A stretch of 64,000 nt of DNA. It comes from Alphaproteobacteria bacterium (GTDB lineage: Bacteria > Pseudomonadota > Alphaproteobacteria > SMXQ01). The stretch is taken from contig JAYPPT010000002.1 in NCBI GenBank assembly GCA_038131655.1, positions 242,762 to 306,761 on the forward strand. Direction: 5' to 3'. The notes below the pieces were generated by a model that was given only the letters and a program-made list of their open reading frames with translations, was not told the DNA's origin and searched no databases. The number at the start of each line of letters is the position of its first letter. The stretch's first letter is position 1. The translations under genes were made by a program, and so were the position numbers. Of the stretch, positions 21,302 to 33,100 are shown one piece after another.

Positions 21302-23605
21302 AGCCCTGCCGCGCCTGGCGCCGGATCGCCGCCTGTGCCGTCCTTGCGCTGGGGATGGTGGCGTTGCTTGTCCCGCTGGCGGCCCGTTCCGCCGTTGCGC
21401 AATCGCCCGGCGGCGTGGTCATCCGGGAAATCAGGGTCGAGGGGATCGAGCGGATCGAGCCCGAAACCGTGCGCTCCTACCTGCCGCTGCGCGCGGGGGC
21501 CGTTTATGATCCCCGCCAGATCGACGTATCGCTGAAGGCGCTGTTCGCGACCGGCCTGTTTTCCGATGTCGGGATCCGGCTGGAAGGCGACGTGGTTATC
21601 GTGCGGGTCAACGAAAACCCGATCATCAACCGTCTTGCCTTCGAAGGTAACGATGTGGTCGAAACCTCGGTGCTGCTGGCGGAGACCCAGTCGCGCTCCC
21701 GCGTCGTCTATACCCGCACACGTGTGCAGAATGACGTCAAGCGTTTGCAGGACTTGTATCGCCGTCAGGGCCGGTTTGCCGCGACGATCGTGCCTAAGGT
21801 CATCACGCGTTCACAGAACCGGGTTGACCTGATTTTCGAGATCAAGGAAGGTGAGCCGACGAAAATCAGGAAGATTACCTTCGTCGGCAACCGATGTATA
21901 CAGCGATAAACGCCTGCGCTTGATCATCGCTAGTGCCGAGACGCGCTGGTACAGTTTTTTGACCGGTGATGATTTTTACGATCCCGACCGCTTGCTCTAT
22001 GACCAGGAATCGTTGCGGCGCTATTACCTGAAGAACGGCTATCCCGAATTCAACGTGCTTTCGGCGATGGCGGAACTGTCGCCGGACCAAAAGACTTTCT
22101 TCCTGACCTTTACGGTGGATGAGGGGAAGCGATACACCTTCGGCGATTTTGAAATTGAGAGCCAGCTCAAGGCGCTCGATGCCAAGAAGCTCCGGAGCTC
22201 GGTCAGCTACAAGCCCGGCGATACCTATAACGCCGAAGAAGTGGAAAAGACGGTTAATGCCCTTACCGATGCCGTCGGCTCGCTCGGCTATGCCTTCGTT
22301 GAGGTGCGTCCGGAACCCAAGCGCGACAAGGAAACCCGCAAGGTCAACATGACCTACAGTGTGCGCGAAGGACCGCGCACCTATATCGAGCGCATCGAGC
22401 TTGGCGGGAATGTTCGCACCGAGGACCGTGTAATCCGGCGCGAATTTCGTCTCGTCGAAGGGGATGCGTTCAATGCTGCGAAGTACCGTTTGTCGCAGCG
22501 GCGGATCAGGGACCTTAACTACTTCAAGGATGTGAAGTTCGAACAGGTTCCGGGGAGGGCGCCCGACAAGACCGTTATCAAGGCCAAGGTGCAGGAAAAG
22601 TCTACGGGGTCTCTCAGTCTCGGCGCTGGCTTTTCCTCTAATGCCGGTTTTGTCACTCAGGTCACGCTGTCGGAACGCAACCTTCTGGGCAAGGGTCAGC
22701 AGTTATCGCTGAGCGCCAGCCTGGGCACGAAGGAGCAGCAGTTCGATATTCGCTTTACCGAACCCTATTTCCTGGGGCGCAACCTGGCGGCGGGTTTCGA
22801 CCTGTTCAACACCAGAAGGCTCAAGACGAATTCGATTGTCTTCGAGGAGGCCAAGACTGGTACGGGCGTCCGTTTGGGCTTTCGCTATAACGAGCACCTT
22901 TACCAGCAGGTAGGCTATAAAATCGAATCGCGTGAGATCAGCGACGTGGATTCCGATGCCTCCCTCTACGTTAAACGTCAGGAAGGTAAGAACACGAACT
23001 CGTCGCTTACCCAGTCTATTACCTATGACGTACGCGACAGCCGTCTTGACCCCACCGAAGGCTATGTCGTGCGCCTGAGCAACCAGTTGGCGGGCCTCGG
23101 TGGCGACAGCCGCTACCTAGAAACTGTGCTTTCGGCGACGTCTTTTTACAGCAGCGTCTTTGATTCGGTGCTCCGGGTGGGCGGTGAAATCGGATATATC
23201 TTAGGACTCGGGCGAGATATTAGGATCAATGAGCGCTTCTTCATCGGGGGTGAAAAGTTGCTGGGCTTCCAGAACGGCGGTATTGGTCCCCGGGATGAGG
23301 CGGCAGGCGATTCCCTGGGCGGCAAGCAGTACGCGACTGCCTTCGCGGAACTGGGCATCCCGCTGATGCCCGTGAACTCCTTCAAGCCGCGCGGCTACCT
23401 GTTCACCAACGCCGGAACGCTGTCCGAAACTGATGATAGCGGCACCGGTATTAAAGATGACGCCCTTATTCGCGTTGGCGCGGGTGTCGGCATTGGATTT
23501 TCGACCCCTTTTGGCGCGCTTCGGTTTAATTTTACCCAGGCCCTAAGAAAAGCGAGTTTCGATAAAACCGAGGTGTTTACCTTCCGGTTTGGCACCACTT
23601 TTTAG
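21298..23605 (+). CDS. bamA: Outer membrane protein assembly factor BamA (frameshift near 21890)
   Basis: POTRA repeats, ERNLLGKGQ, FTEPYF, C-terminal beta-signal FRFGTTF; removing one C at AAC-C-GAT joins the two ORFs. Confidence 0.93.
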
Positions 23606-23613
23606 AGGACGAC

Positions 23614-24219
23614 ATGAACCTTACTGCAAAAATTTTCCTCTCTCTGTGTTTTGTGCTCGTTTGGCTAGCGCCGATGCCCGTTCAGGCGCAGACTACGAAC
23701 CAGCGCTTGAAGGCACCGGTAATCGCCATCCTCGATATGCGAGTGGTCAAGCGGGATTCAATCTCGGGCAAGGCGGTTCAGTCGTTTCTGAACAGCAAGC
23801 GTCGTGCCCACAGGGACCTGATCGCGGCGGAGGAAAAGGCCCTGCGTTTGGCCTGGGAAGAACTGTCGCGTCAGCGCGCTCTCTTGTCGCCGCAGGCGTT
23901 CCAGGCGCGTGAACAGGCTTTTCGAAAAAAGGAAACCGCGGCGAAGCGCAAGATCGTTGCGCTCGAACAGGCCTGGCAGCGTGATCTGCGTGTAACCTTG
24001 ATCGAATTCGAAAAGATCTTGGGTGAAAAGATGCGCCCGATTATAGATAAGGTGATCGAGAGCAAAGGTATCGATATCATCATGGCCAACCAGGACCTGA
24101 TTTACGCCAAGGCCAAGTACAGCATCACTGGCGAAATCCTGAAAGGGATAGACAGGGTGTTGCCGAGTCTAGATGTGCAGGCTCTGGCCAACAAGGTGCT
24201 GCAGAAGAAAAAGCGTTAA
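23614..24219 (+). CDS. skp: OmpH/Skp family periplasmic chaperone
   Basis: Signal peptide, IAILD, long coiled coil, position between bamA and lpxD. Confidence 0.75.
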   Translation: MNLTAKIFLSLCFVLVWLAPMPVQAQTTNQRLKAPVIAILDMRVVKRDSISGKAVQSFLNSKRRAHRDLIAAEEKALRLAWEELSRQRALLSPQAFQAREQAFRKKETAAKRKIVALEQAWQRDLRVTLIEFEKILGEKMRPIIDKVIESKGIDIIMANQDLIYAKAKYSITGEILKGIDRVLPSLDVQALANKVLQKKKR

Positions 24220-24236
24220 CGAAAGGCAGCCGGGAC

Positions 24237-25259
24237 ATGTCCGATCCGCGCTTCTTTTCCTCGGCAGGTCCTTTTACGCTGGCGGCCCTCGCGGAACTTA
24301 CCGGCGGAACCATTGCCAGCGGCGAGGGTGACCTCGTACTTAGCGGCGTCGCGCCGCTGGACGGCGCGACCGCCTCGGATATCAGCTTTCTCGAAAACCC
24401 GGCTTACGCAGGCGCGTTCGAGCGCTCCGGCGCCGGGGCCTGTATCGTCGGCCCCGACCTCAAGGCCAAGGCGCCCGAGGGCATGGCGCTGCTGGTAGTG
24501 CCCCATGCCTACAAGGGGTATACGCTGGTCGCGCGGGCCTTTTATCCCGATGCCGTACCCACCGGGGGAATCGCGGCCGGTGCGATGGTGGATCCCACCG
24601 CGCGGATTGGAGAGGGCACCGAGATTGCGCCGGGCGCGGTCATCGGCTCGGGAGCGGAAATCGGCAAGGGCTGTCGCATCGGCGCCAATGCCGTGATCGG
24701 CGAGGGCGTTATCCTGGGTGACGGATGCGACATCGGGCCGCTGGTCTCCGTGCGTTTTTCCATCCTGGGCAAGGGGGTGCGGGTGTATGCCGGCGCGCGC
24801 ATCGGGGAAGACGGGTTCGGCTATGCATCCGATGCGGACGGCCATTTGCATATTCCGCAGCTTGGCCGCGTGATGATCGGCGATGGCACCGAAATCGGCG
24901 CCAATACGACGATTGACCGGGGCGCGGGGCCCGATACGGTGATCGGGCCGGGGTGTATCATTGATAATCTGGTCCAGATCGGGCACAACGTGCGCATGGG
25001 CAAGGGTTGCATTGTCGTGGCCCTGGCCGGGATTTCGGGGAGTACCACCCTTGGCGATTATGTGGTAATCGGTGGCCAGGTTGGGGTTGCCGGGCATCTC
25101 AGGATCGCCGATGGTGTCAGGGTCGGCGCCCAGGCGGGTATTATTCGGGATGTCGAGGCGGGGCAGACCCTGCTGGGTTCGCCGGCCATGCCGCATAAGG
25201 AATTCTGGCGGCAGATCGCCGCCCTGAAAAAACTGGCGACACCCAAGAAGAACGGATGA
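24237..25259 (+). CDS. lpxD: UDP-3-O-(3-hydroxymyristoyl)glucosamine N-acyltransferase
   Basis: Hexapeptide repeats, [26 protein letters not shown]. Confidence 0.96.
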   Translation: MSDPRFFSSAGPFTLAALAELTGGTIASGEGDLVLSGVAPLDGATASDISFLENPAYAGAFERSGAGACIVGPDLKAKAPEGMALLVVPHAYKGYTLVARAFYPDAVPTGGIAAGAMVDPTARIGEGTEIAPGAVIGSGAEIGKGCRIGANAVIGEGVILGDGCDIGPLVSVRFSILGKGVRVYAGARIGEDGFGYASDADGHLHIPQLGRVMIGDGTEIGANTTIDRGAGPDTVIGPGCIIDNLVQIGHNVRMGKGCIVVALAGISGSTTLGDYVVIGGQVGVAGHLRIADGVRVGAQAGIIRDVEAGQTLLGSPAMPHKEFWRQIAALKKLATPKKNG

Positions 25260-25266
25260 CAAACCG

Positions 25267-25728
25267 ATGGACGCGGTGAAAGACGAAAACAAGGTCATCA
25301 GCATCAACCGGATCATGGAAATGATCCCGCATCGCTACCCGTTTTTGCTGATCGATCGGGTGGATGAAGTAGTTGCCAACGAATCGGCGATCGGGGTCAA
25401 GAACGTTTCCATAAATGAGCCGTTCTTTCCCGGTCATTTCCCGACCCGCCCGGTCATGCCGGGGGTGCTTTTGATTGAATCCATGGCTCAGACCGCCGCC
25501 GTTCTGGTGGTGGAAACCCTGGGGCCGGAATCAGAAGGCAAGCTGGTCTATTTCATGACCATCGACGATGCGCGCTTCCGTCACCCGGTGGTGCCCGGCG
25601 ATGTGGTCAAGGTGCATGTCACGAAGATACAGAACCGGCGCAATGTCTGGCGCTTTCGCGGCGAGGCCAAGGTTGATGGCCGGCTCTGCGCGGAAGCCAC
25701 GTTTGCCGCCATGATCCTGGACGATTGA
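25267..25728 (+). CDS. fabZ: 3-hydroxyacyl-ACP dehydratase
   Basis: [25 protein letters not shown]. Confidence 0.97.
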   Translation: MDAVKDENKVISINRIMEMIPHRYPFLLIDRVDEVVANESAIGVKNVSINEPFFPGHFPTRPVMPGVLLIESMAQTAAVLVVETLGPESEGKLVYFMTIDDARFRHPVVPGDVVKVHVTKIQNRRNVWRFRGEAKVDGRLCAEATFAAMILDD

Positions 25729-25733
25729 TCGCC

Positions 25734-26534
25734 ATGTCGGAAATTCACTCAACTGCCGTTATCGCTGCCGGCGCCGAAATCGGTGAAGGCGTTTCCATAG
25801 GCGCTTATTGCGTTATCGGCGATGGCGTCAAACTGCACGACAACGTGAGCTTGCGTTCCCACGTGGTGATCGAGGGCGATACCGAAATCGGCTCAGGCTG
25901 CCAGATTTACCCCTTCGCGACGATTGGGTTGCCGCCCCAGGACCTGAAGTACAAAGGGGAATTCTCGCGCACGAAGATCGGTGTCGGCACCGTGATCCGC
26001 GAACATGTGACCATTCATCCCGGCACCACCGGTGGCGGCCTTCTCACCACGGTCGGCGCCAATTGCCTGTTGATGGTGGGTTCCCACATCGCCCACGATT
26101 GCGATGTCGGCGACAACGTGGTGATGGCGAACAACGCGACCCTCGGCGGTCACGTTCATGTCGGGGATTATGCCGTGCTCGGCGGTCTGGCCGGGGTTCA
26201 TCAGTTCGTGCGCATCGGCCACCATGCGATGGTCGGGGGACTGTCAGGGGTCGAAAACGACGTCATCCCCTACGGATCGGTGATGGGGAACCGCGCCTAC
26301 CTGTCGGGCCTGAATATCATCGGGCTCAAGCGCCGCGGCTTCTCCCGCGACGATATCCACGCGCTTCGTGCCGCCTATCGGCTGATGTTCGCGGAAGAGG
26401 GTACGATGTCCGAACGGCTCACCGATGTTGCCCAGATGTTCAAGGACAATGCCGCGGTGATGGAGATCGTGCACTTCATCCAGGCCGATTCGTCGCGCGC
26501 CGTGTGCCAGCCGCAGACGAAGCGTGCCGCCTAA
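25734..26534 (+). CDS. lpxA: UDP-N-acetylglucosamine O-acyltransferase
   Basis: [35 protein letters not shown]. Confidence 0.96.
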   Translation: MSEIHSTAVIAAGAEIGEGVSIGAYCVIGDGVKLHDNVSLRSHVVIEGDTEIGSGCQIYPFATIGLPPQDLKYKGEFSRTKIGVGTVIREHVTIHPGTTGGGLLTTVGANCLLMVGSHIAHDCDVGDNVVMANNATLGGHVHVGDYAVLGGLAGVHQFVRIGHHAMVGGLSGVENDVIPYGSVMGNRAYLSGLNIIGLKRRGFSRDDIHALRAAYRLMFAEEGTMSERLTDVAQMFKDNAAVMEIVHFIQADSSRAVCQPQTKRAA

Positions 26535-27354
26535 ATCCAAACTCGGAATTATCGCCGGCAAGGGTGAATTGCCGGTCTTGATGCTTGCCGCCGCCAAGGC
26601 GGAAGGGCGGCCGGTATTCGTGCTCGCGCTCGAAGGCCAGACCGCCCCGGAACTGGTGGCCAATACGGACCATGCCTGGATTCCCATGGGCGCCGTCGGC
26701 CGTGGGATCGAGGCGCTGAAATCCGCAGATGTCGGCGATGTGGTCTTTGCCGGCGGCGTGCGGCGGCCTTCGTTGCTCAAGCTTGGCCTTGACGGCAGGG
26801 GGGCCAGACTGTTGGCCAAGATCGGCAAGGCTGCGCTCGGTGACGACAAGATTCTTTCCGTCCTGATCAACGAGCTGGAGGGCGAGGGCCTCCGCGTTGT
26901 CGGCGCGGACGATATTCTATCCGGTCTTCTGGCGGTCGAAGGACTGTTGGGGCGGCATCTCCCCGATGCCCAGGCGGAAGCCGATATCGCCCGTGCGGTT
27001 GAAATCGGGCGTGCCCTGGGGGCGCTTGATGTAGGGCAGGCGGTGGTTGTGCAGCAGGGCATCGTGCTTGGTGTCGAGGCGGTCGAGGGCACCGATGCGT
27101 TGATCGAGCGTTCGGCGAACTTGCGCCGCGAAGGGCCGGGCGGGGTGCTGGTCAAGATCAAGAAACCCGGCCAGGAACGCCGCGCCGATCTGCCGACCGT
27201 CGGCGTCGGCACGGTTGAGGCTTGCGCGCGGGCCGGTTTGCGCGGCATCGCGGTGGAAGCCGGCGCCACATTGGTGCTTGGCCGCGATGAAGTGGCGTCG
27301 GCGGCCGATGCGGCGGGCTTGTTCGTCACGGCGATCCGGGTGCCGTCTCCTTGA
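26524..27354 (+). CDS. lpxI: UDP-2,3-diacylglucosamine diphosphatase LpxI (DUF1009)
   Basis: [35 protein letters not shown]; between lpxA and lpxB. Confidence 0.92.
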   Translation: MPPKSKLGIIAGKGELPVLMLAAAKAEGRPVFVLALEGQTAPELVANTDHAWIPMGAVGRGIEALKSADVGDVVFAGGVRRPSLLKLGLDGRGARLLAKIGKAALGDDKILSVLINELEGEGLRVVGADDILSGLLAVEGLLGRHLPDAQAEADIARAVEIGRALGALDVGQAVVVQQGIVLGVEAVEGTDALIERSANLRREGPGGVLVKIKKPGQERRADLPTVGVGTVEACARAGLRGIAVEAGATLVLGRDEVASAADAAGLFVTAIRVPSP

Positions 27355-27365
27355 ATAATGCGACG

Positions 27366-28547
27366 ATGCCGACACCGCTGCATGTTTGCCTGATCGCGGG
27401 GGAACATTCGGGCGACCACATGGGCGCTCTGATGATTCGGGCGCTGATCGCGCGTACCGGCGGCAATGTCCGCTTTTCAGGAATCGGCGGCGGTGAAATG
27501 TCTGCCGAAGGGGGCACGCATGGATTTGAATCCCTGTTTCCAATGGAAGAACTGGCGGTTGCCGGGATTTTCGAGATCGTTCCCCATGTCCGGCGCATCC
27601 TGCGGCGCATCCTTGAAACCGCGTCGCGCATCCAAGCGCTGAGGCCCGATGTCGTGGTGACCATCGATAGCCCGGCCTTCGCCTTTCGCGTCGGGCGCAA
27701 GCTGAAGGGGTCCGGCATTGCCCATGTCCACTATGTCGCGCCCTCGGTTTGGGCATGGCGTCCACGTCGGGCGCGGATGATTGCGGGTTTTCTTGATCAC
27801 TTGCTGACGATCTTTCCGTTCGAGGCCCCGTATTTTGAAAAATGGGGATTGCAGACGACATTCATCGGTCACCCCACGGCGGAAATGGGTCTGGACCAAG
27901 GCGACGGGAAGGCGTTTCGCGCGGCCAATGGCCTGGGACCGGATCAGCCGCTCTTGTGCGTCCTGCCCGGAAGCCGCCATTCGGAGGTCAGCAAGCTGCT
28001 GCCCGTGTTGGGCGAGACCGTTGCTAAGCTGAAAAGCCGTTTTCCCGACCTCGCTGTCGTGGTGCCCGTTGTCGATACCGTTGCTAACGAGGTACGCGCG
28101 CGCGTCAGCGAATGGCATGTTCCGGTGATCGTGACCGAAGGCATGGATGCCAAGCGCGATGCCTTTGCCGCCGCCGACGCTGCGTTGGCGGCCTCGGGCA
28201 CCGTGACCTACGAACTGGCGATGGCGGGCCTGCCGATGGTGGTGGCCTATCGCATGGCGGCGGCTTCCGCTTTCGTCATCCGGCGCATGATCAAGATCCG
28301 CTACGCGTCCGTTGTGAATATTGTCCTCGGCCGCCAGGTCGTGCCCGAATGTATCCAGCAAGATTGCATTCCGGCAAACCTGGTGCGCGAGGTGGGTGCG
28401 TTGCTTGCGGACCCCGCGTTGCGTGCCCGTCAGAAAACGGATCTTGATGCGGTCGCGACGGCCATCGGGCGCGGCATGCCGCCGGCATCGGAAACAGCCG
28501 CGGATGCGATCCTGGCGGTAGTGGCCCGCAAGCGCGAAAAGCCATAG
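27366..28547 (+). CDS. lpxB: Lipid-A-disaccharide synthase
   Basis: AGEHSGD, IDSP, YVAPSVWAWR, LPGSR, ASGT. Confidence 0.96.
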   Translation: MPTPLHVCLIAGEHSGDHMGALMIRALIARTGGNVRFSGIGGGEMSAEGGTHGFESLFPMEELAVAGIFEIVPHVRRILRRILETASRIQALRPDVVVTIDSPAFAFRVGRKLKGSGIAHVHYVAPSVWAWRPRRARMIAGFLDHLLTIFPFEAPYFEKWGLQTTFIGHPTAEMGLDQGDGKAFRAANGLGPDQPLLCVLPGSRHSEVSKLLPVLGETVAKLKSRFPDLAVVVPVVDTVANEVRARVSEWHVPVIVTEGMDAKRDAFAAADAALAASGTVTYELAMAGLPMVVAYRMAAASAFVIRRMIKIRYASVVNIVLGRQVVPECIQQDCIPANLVREVGALLADPALRARQKTDLDAVATAIGRGMPPASETAADAILAVVARKREKP

Positions 28548-28608
28548 AGACCCCTTCGCCCGCCGCGTTATAATCAAGGTGAAATCAGGAAAAGCGGAGG
28601 TGACTGCC

Positions 28609-29013
28609 ATGTCCACCAGTGAATTCGGCCCGGCCCGGTTGCTGCACACGATGCTGCGAGTGTGCGATCTCGAAGCCTCCATAGATTTCTATACGCGCCA
28701 TCTGGGTATGACCTTGTTGCGCCGTCGCGACGACGAGGCCGGAAAATATACCCTGGCCTTTCTCGGTTACGGTGAGGAGACCCAGACCTCGGTGCTGGAG
28801 CTGACCTATAACTGGGGCCGGGAAGAAGGCTACGAAATCGGCACCGCTTACGGCCATATTGCCATTGGCGTGCCCGACGTGGCGGGCACCTGCGCCAAGC
28901 TGGCGGCCGCCGGGGTAAAGATGCCCGTGCCGCCGAAGACGCGCCCTTCGGGCAACACCATGGCCTTTATCGAAGATCCCGACGGCTACCGTATCGAGCT
29001 GCTGACCCGCTGA
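28609..29013 (+). CDS. gloA: Lactoylglutathione lyase (glyoxalase I)
   Basis: LHTMLRV, LELTYNWG, YGHIAI, EDPDGYRIEL. Confidence 0.9.
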   Translation: MSTSEFGPARLLHTMLRVCDLEASIDFYTRHLGMTLLRRRDDEAGKYTLAFLGYGEETQTSVLELTYNWGREEGYEIGTAYGHIAIGVPDVAGTCAKLAAAGVKMPVPPKTRPSGNTMAFIEDPDGYRIELLTR

Positions 29014-29030
29014 GCGGTCGCTTTCGCAAA

Positions 29031-29062
29031 CAAAAGGGGCGCCCCGCGGGACGCCCCTTTTG
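29031..29062. terminator. Bidirectional intrinsic terminator between gloA and gltA
   Basis: CAAAAGGGGCG...CGCCCCTTTTG inverted repeat with A/T tails between convergent genes. Confidence 0.8.
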
Positions 29063-29083
29063 TATTCGGCGGCTTGTGCGCGC

Positions 29084-30406
29084 TTACTTGCGCTTGCCGA
29101 TGGTCTGGAAGGCCCGTTTCGGAGAGCCGGTGTAAAGCTGGCGCGGACGGCCGATTTTCTGTTCCTTGTCCTCGATCAGCTCGTTCCACTGGCAGATCCA
29201 GCCGACGGTGCGGGCGACGGCGAAAAGCACCGTGAACATAGAGGTGGGGAAGCCCATCGCCTTAAGAATGATGCCGGAATAAAAATCCACGTTGGGATAG
29301 AGCTTGCGTTCGACGAAGTAGGAATCGCTGAGCGCGATCTGCTCCAGTTCCAGCGCCAGGTCGAGCAACGGCTCGTCCTTGATCTTGAGTTCCTTCAGCA
29401 CCGCGTGGCAGGATTTCTGCAGCACCTTGGCGCGAGGATCGTAATTCTTGTACACGCGATGGCCGAAGCCCATCAGCATGGTCGGATCGGTCTTGTCCTT
29501 TACCCGCTTAAGATAGGCGGGGATGTTCTTCCGATGGCCGATCTCGCCAAGCATTTTCAGCACGGCCTCATTGGCGCCGCCGTGGGCCGGACCCCACAGC
29601 GAGGCAATGCCCGCCGCGATGCAGGCAAACGGATTGGCGCCGGTCGAACCCGCAAGGCGGACGGTCGAGGTCGAGGCATTCTGCTCATGATCCGCGTGCA
29701 GGATGAAGATGCGGTCCATCGCCTTCGCCAGCACGGGATTGACGTCGTAGGTTTCGCAAGGGACGCCGAACATCATGTAGAGGAAGTTTTCGGCATATTC
29801 CAGGTCGTTGCGCGGGTACATGAAAGGCTGACCGATGGAATACTTGTAGGCCATGGCCGCGATGGTCGGCATCTTGGCCACCAGCCGGTATGACGCGATC
29901 ATGCGCTGGCGCGCGTCGTTGATGTCGGTGCTGTCGTGATAGAAGGCGGAGAGCGCGCCGACCACGCCGCACATGATGGCCATGGGATGGGCGTCGCGAC
30001 GGAAACCGCGGAAGAAGTAATTGATCTGTTCGTGCACCATGGTGTGGCGCGAAATATCGTATTTGAACTTGGCTTTCTCGGCCTTGTTCGGCAACTCGCC
30101 CTTCAGCAGCAGGTAGCAGACTTCCATGAAGTCGCTTTTTTCGGCCAGATCCTCGATGGAATAGCCGCGATGGAGCAAGATGCCCTTGTCGCCGTCGATA
30201 TAGGTGATCTTGGATTCGGTTGAGCCGGTAGCCGTGTAGCCCGGATCGTAGGTGAAATAGCCCGTATCGGCATACAGGCGGCGGATATCGATGACATCGG
30301 GGCCGACGCTACCGCTCAACAGGGGGAAATCCACCTTCTTGCCACTCACGTTATCGGTGAGGGTGACGGTTCGTTGTTTGTTTTTCGGTCCCTTGGTGTT
30401 GGCCAT
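29084..30406 (-). CDS. gltA: Citrate synthase (type II)
   Basis: [43 protein letters not shown]. Confidence 0.98.
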   Translation of the reverse strand: MANTKGPKNKQRTVTLTDNVSGKKVDFPLLSGSVGPDVIDIRRLYADTGYFTYDPGYTATGSTESKITYIDGDKGILLHRGYSIEDLAEKSDFMEVCYLLLKGELPNKAEKAKFKYDISRHTMVHEQINYFFRGFRRDAHPMAIMCGVVGALSAFYHDSTDINDARQRMIASYRLVAKMPTIAAMAYKYSIGQPFMYPRNDLEYAENFLYMMFGVPCETYDVNPVLAKAMDRIFILHADHEQNASTSTVRLAGSTGANPFACIAAGIASLWGPAHGGANEAVLKMLGEIGHRKNIPAYLKRVKDKTDPTMLMGFGHRVYKNYDPRAKVLQKSCHAVLKELKIKDEPLLDLALELEQIALSDSYFVERKLYPNVDFYSGIILKAMGFPTSMFTVLFAVARTVGWICQWNELIEDKEQKIGRPRQLYTGSPKRAFQTIGKRK

Positions 30407-30596
30407 ATTGTCTTTCCCTGGTTCCTGTCCGCCGCATCGGGCGGCACGTTCCGCGCCCGCCGGAGCCGGTCCGGCAGCCGTTAACTCTGTTTCTGGTTTC
30501 GGGCCATCCTATAGCGACCGCGCCCAAGAAGCAATTCGCAGCCTATACGCCGGAGATTAAAAATCCGTGTGCGGCGAAGGGCTTGCGGCAGAAGGC

Positions 30597-32018
30597 TCAG
30601 GTCAGGGCATCACCGATCCGCGCAAGACTTTCGTCCCGGCCCAGGACTTCCAGCACTTCGAACAGGCCCGGGGATTCGGTCGAGCCCGTCAGCGCCGCGC
30701 GAAGCGGCTGGGCAACCTCGCCGAGCTTGGCGCCGGAGACCTCGACATAGCCGCGCACGGCGCTTTCCAGCGCTTCCGCTTGCCACTCCGCGACATCGGC
30801 AAGAATTCCGGCAACGGCGCGCAGGTGATCGGCGCCCCCGGCCAGCAGCCGGGCGGCCTTGTCGGTCGGCACCAACGGCCGGGGACGCACGTAGAACGCC
30901 GCCTTGTCGGCCAGTTCAATCAGCGTCTGGGCACGGGTCTTCAGGCCCGCGAGGCCTTTTTCCAGCCGGGCGCGCCCGGCATCGTCGAGCGGGGCGCCGG
31001 TGATCTCGGTCAGCCGCGGGGCCATCAGGTCAATCAGGCGCGCGTCATCGGCGAGGCGCAGGTAATGGGCGTTGAGGCTGGACAGCTTGGTCAGGTCGAA
31101 GCGCGCGGCTGCCTTGCCCACGGCATCAAGGCCGAACCACTTGATCGCATCGTCGCGGGAGATGATTTCATCGTCGCCGTGGCTCCAGCCCAGGCGCAGC
31201 AGGTAATTGAATACGGCTTCGGGCAGGAATCCCATGTCGCGGTAGGCTTCGACGCCGAGCGCGCCATGGCGCTTCGACAACTTGGCACCATCGGCGCCAT
31301 GGATCAGAGACATATGGGCGAATTGCGGCGCGCGCCATTCCAGTGCGTCGTAAAGCTGGAGCTGGCGAAAGGTGTTGGTCAGGTGATCATCGCCGCGAAT
31401 GACATGGGTGACGCCCATGTCGTGATCGTCCACCACTACGGAAAGCATGTAGGTCGGCGTGCCGTCGGAACGCAGCAGCACCATGTCGTCCAGTTGCGCG
31501 TTGACGACACGCACCTCGCCCTGGATCAGGTCCTGAACGACCGTTTCGCCGTCCTGCGGCGCCTTGAGGCGGATCACCGGGGGAATGCCGTGGGGGGCTT
31601 CGGCCGGGTCGCGGTCGCGCCAGCGCCCGTCGTAGCGCATGGAGCGGCCTTCGGCCTTGGCGACTTCGCGCATCTCGGCCAGTTCTTCGGGCGTGGCGTA
31701 GCAGTAATAGGCCTTGCCCTGCTCGAGCAGACCCTGAGCCACCTTGACATGGCGGGCGGCGCGGGCGAACTGGAACACCGGGGCTTCATCGCCGGACAGC
31801 CCCATCCAGGCGAGGCCGTCGAGAATGGCGTCGATCGCCTCCTGGGTCGAACGCGCCCGGTCGGTGTCTTCGATCCGCAACAGGTAGGTGCCGCCGAAAT
31901 GACGCGCGAACAGCCAATTGAACAGGGCCGTGCGCACCCCGCCGATATGCAGGAATCCGGTCGGACTGGGGGCGAAGCGGGTGACGACCTTGTCGGTGGG
32001 GGCGGTTGGCTCGGACAT
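30597..32018 (-). CDS. gltX: Glutamate--tRNA ligase
   Basis: [36 protein letters not shown]. Confidence 0.96.
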   Translation of the reverse strand: MSEPTAPTDKVVTRFAPSPTGFLHIGGVRTALFNWLFARHFGGTYLLRIEDTDRARSTQEAIDAILDGLAWMGLSGDEAPVFQFARAARHVKVAQGLLEQGKAYYCYATPEELAEMREVAKAEGRSMRYDGRWRDRDPAEAPHGIPPVIRLKAPQDGETVVQDLIQGEVRVVNAQLDDMVLLRSDGTPTYMLSVVVDDHDMGVTHVIRGDDHLTNTFRQLQLYDALEWRAPQFAHMSLIHGADGAKLSKRHGALGVEAYRDMGFLPEAVFNYLLRLGWSHGDDEIISRDDAIKWFGLDAVGKAAARFDLTKLSSLNAHYLRLADDARLIDLMAPRLTEITGAPLDDAGRARLEKGLAGLKTRAQTLIELADKAAFYVRPRPLVPTDKAARLLAGGADHLRAVAGILADVAEWQAEALESAVRGYVEVSGAKLGEVAQPLRAALTGSTESPGLFEVLEVLGRDESLARIGDALT

Positions 32019-32121
32019 GGCTCCGGCGGGGCTGGGTTGATAAGCTCTTTGGGCCGGCGTTAGTAACACATTCCCGCCAGGGATTCCATTTGGCCGGGCG
32101 GCAAGGGGACAAGCACGCGAT

Positions 32122-33025
32122 ATGGCGGTTTCGGGGGCCTATGAACCGCGCCGGGGGGCGCTTGCCGAATGGGGCGTACGCTTGGCCGCCGTGGCGGCGG
32201 CGGAGCGCGAGCGCTGGCCCCTGTGGCTGCCGGTCGCCCTTGGCACCGGGATCGCCATCTATTTTGTCCTGCCGGTGGAGCCACCGTTGGCCCTGGGCCG
32301 CGCCGTTGGGGCTCGAGGCCTGGCCCCTGACGGCGATGGGTTGGGGGCTCGATGCCGTGCTGTGGATCGCCCATGCGGTCACCGCGCTGCCCGGTGCCGC
32401 GGTGTTGATGCCGGAAATGCCGGTCGCGGCGATGGTGCTGATCGCGCTCGGCGGGCTTTGGCTGGCATTGTGGAAGACGCGCCTGCGCATGGCCGGGCTG
32501 GCCCTGCTGGCGGCGGGGCTGATCGTTGCTGTGTGGGCGCGTCCGTCCGATCTGGTGATTGCCGGGGACGGCGAAAGTTTCGCCGTGCGCGACGGTGGCG
32601 GGGGAATCGTGTTCGCGGGCGATGTCTTGCCGCGCCTCGAGCGCGAAACCTGGCTGCGTCGGGCGGGCGCGGAAGACACCGGCGCGCCGCGCAAGCGCGC
32701 CGCCTTTCCCGCCCGCGCCGCCGGTGGGCATTTGACCTGCGATGCCCTGGCTTGCATTTACCGGGGGCGGGGACAGTCGGTCAGCCTGATCCGCGATCCC
32801 TTGGCGGCGGCGGAAGATTGCGCGCGCGCCGACGTGGTGGTGGCGCTGGTGCCGCTTGGCCGCGGCTGATGCCGGGGGCCCGCGCGCATCGTCGGCTTTT
32901 TTGACCTGTGGCGCGAAGGGGGACAGGCGATCTGGCTTGATCCCGTGCCGAAAATCGCAAGCGTTGCTGCCTACCGGAGCCGCCGCCCGTGGGCGCCGGA
33001 AAAGCGCTCCCGCTCAAGGCGTTGA
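32122..33025 (+). pseudogene. comEC: ComEC/Rec2 competence protein remnant (large internal deletion, frame change, in-frame TGA)
   Basis: N-terminus ERERWPLWLPVALGTGIAIYFVLPVEP joined near 32295 to C-terminal PLGLE..P...MG.G segment; TGA at 32867 then FDLWREGGQAIWL...RPW; gltX-comEC-lexA synteny. Confidence 0.8.
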
Positions 33026-33100
33026 GGGCCTGATTGGCCGCCTCAAAAGGCCGTGTTAGGCTGGTGCCAAAGAAATAACGACCGCAGGGAGAGAGCAACC

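Noticed and set aside
32867-32869. In-frame TGA in comEC as selenocysteine or a recoded Trp
   Set aside because: TGA is a normal stop throughout the window, and the gene already has a large deletion.
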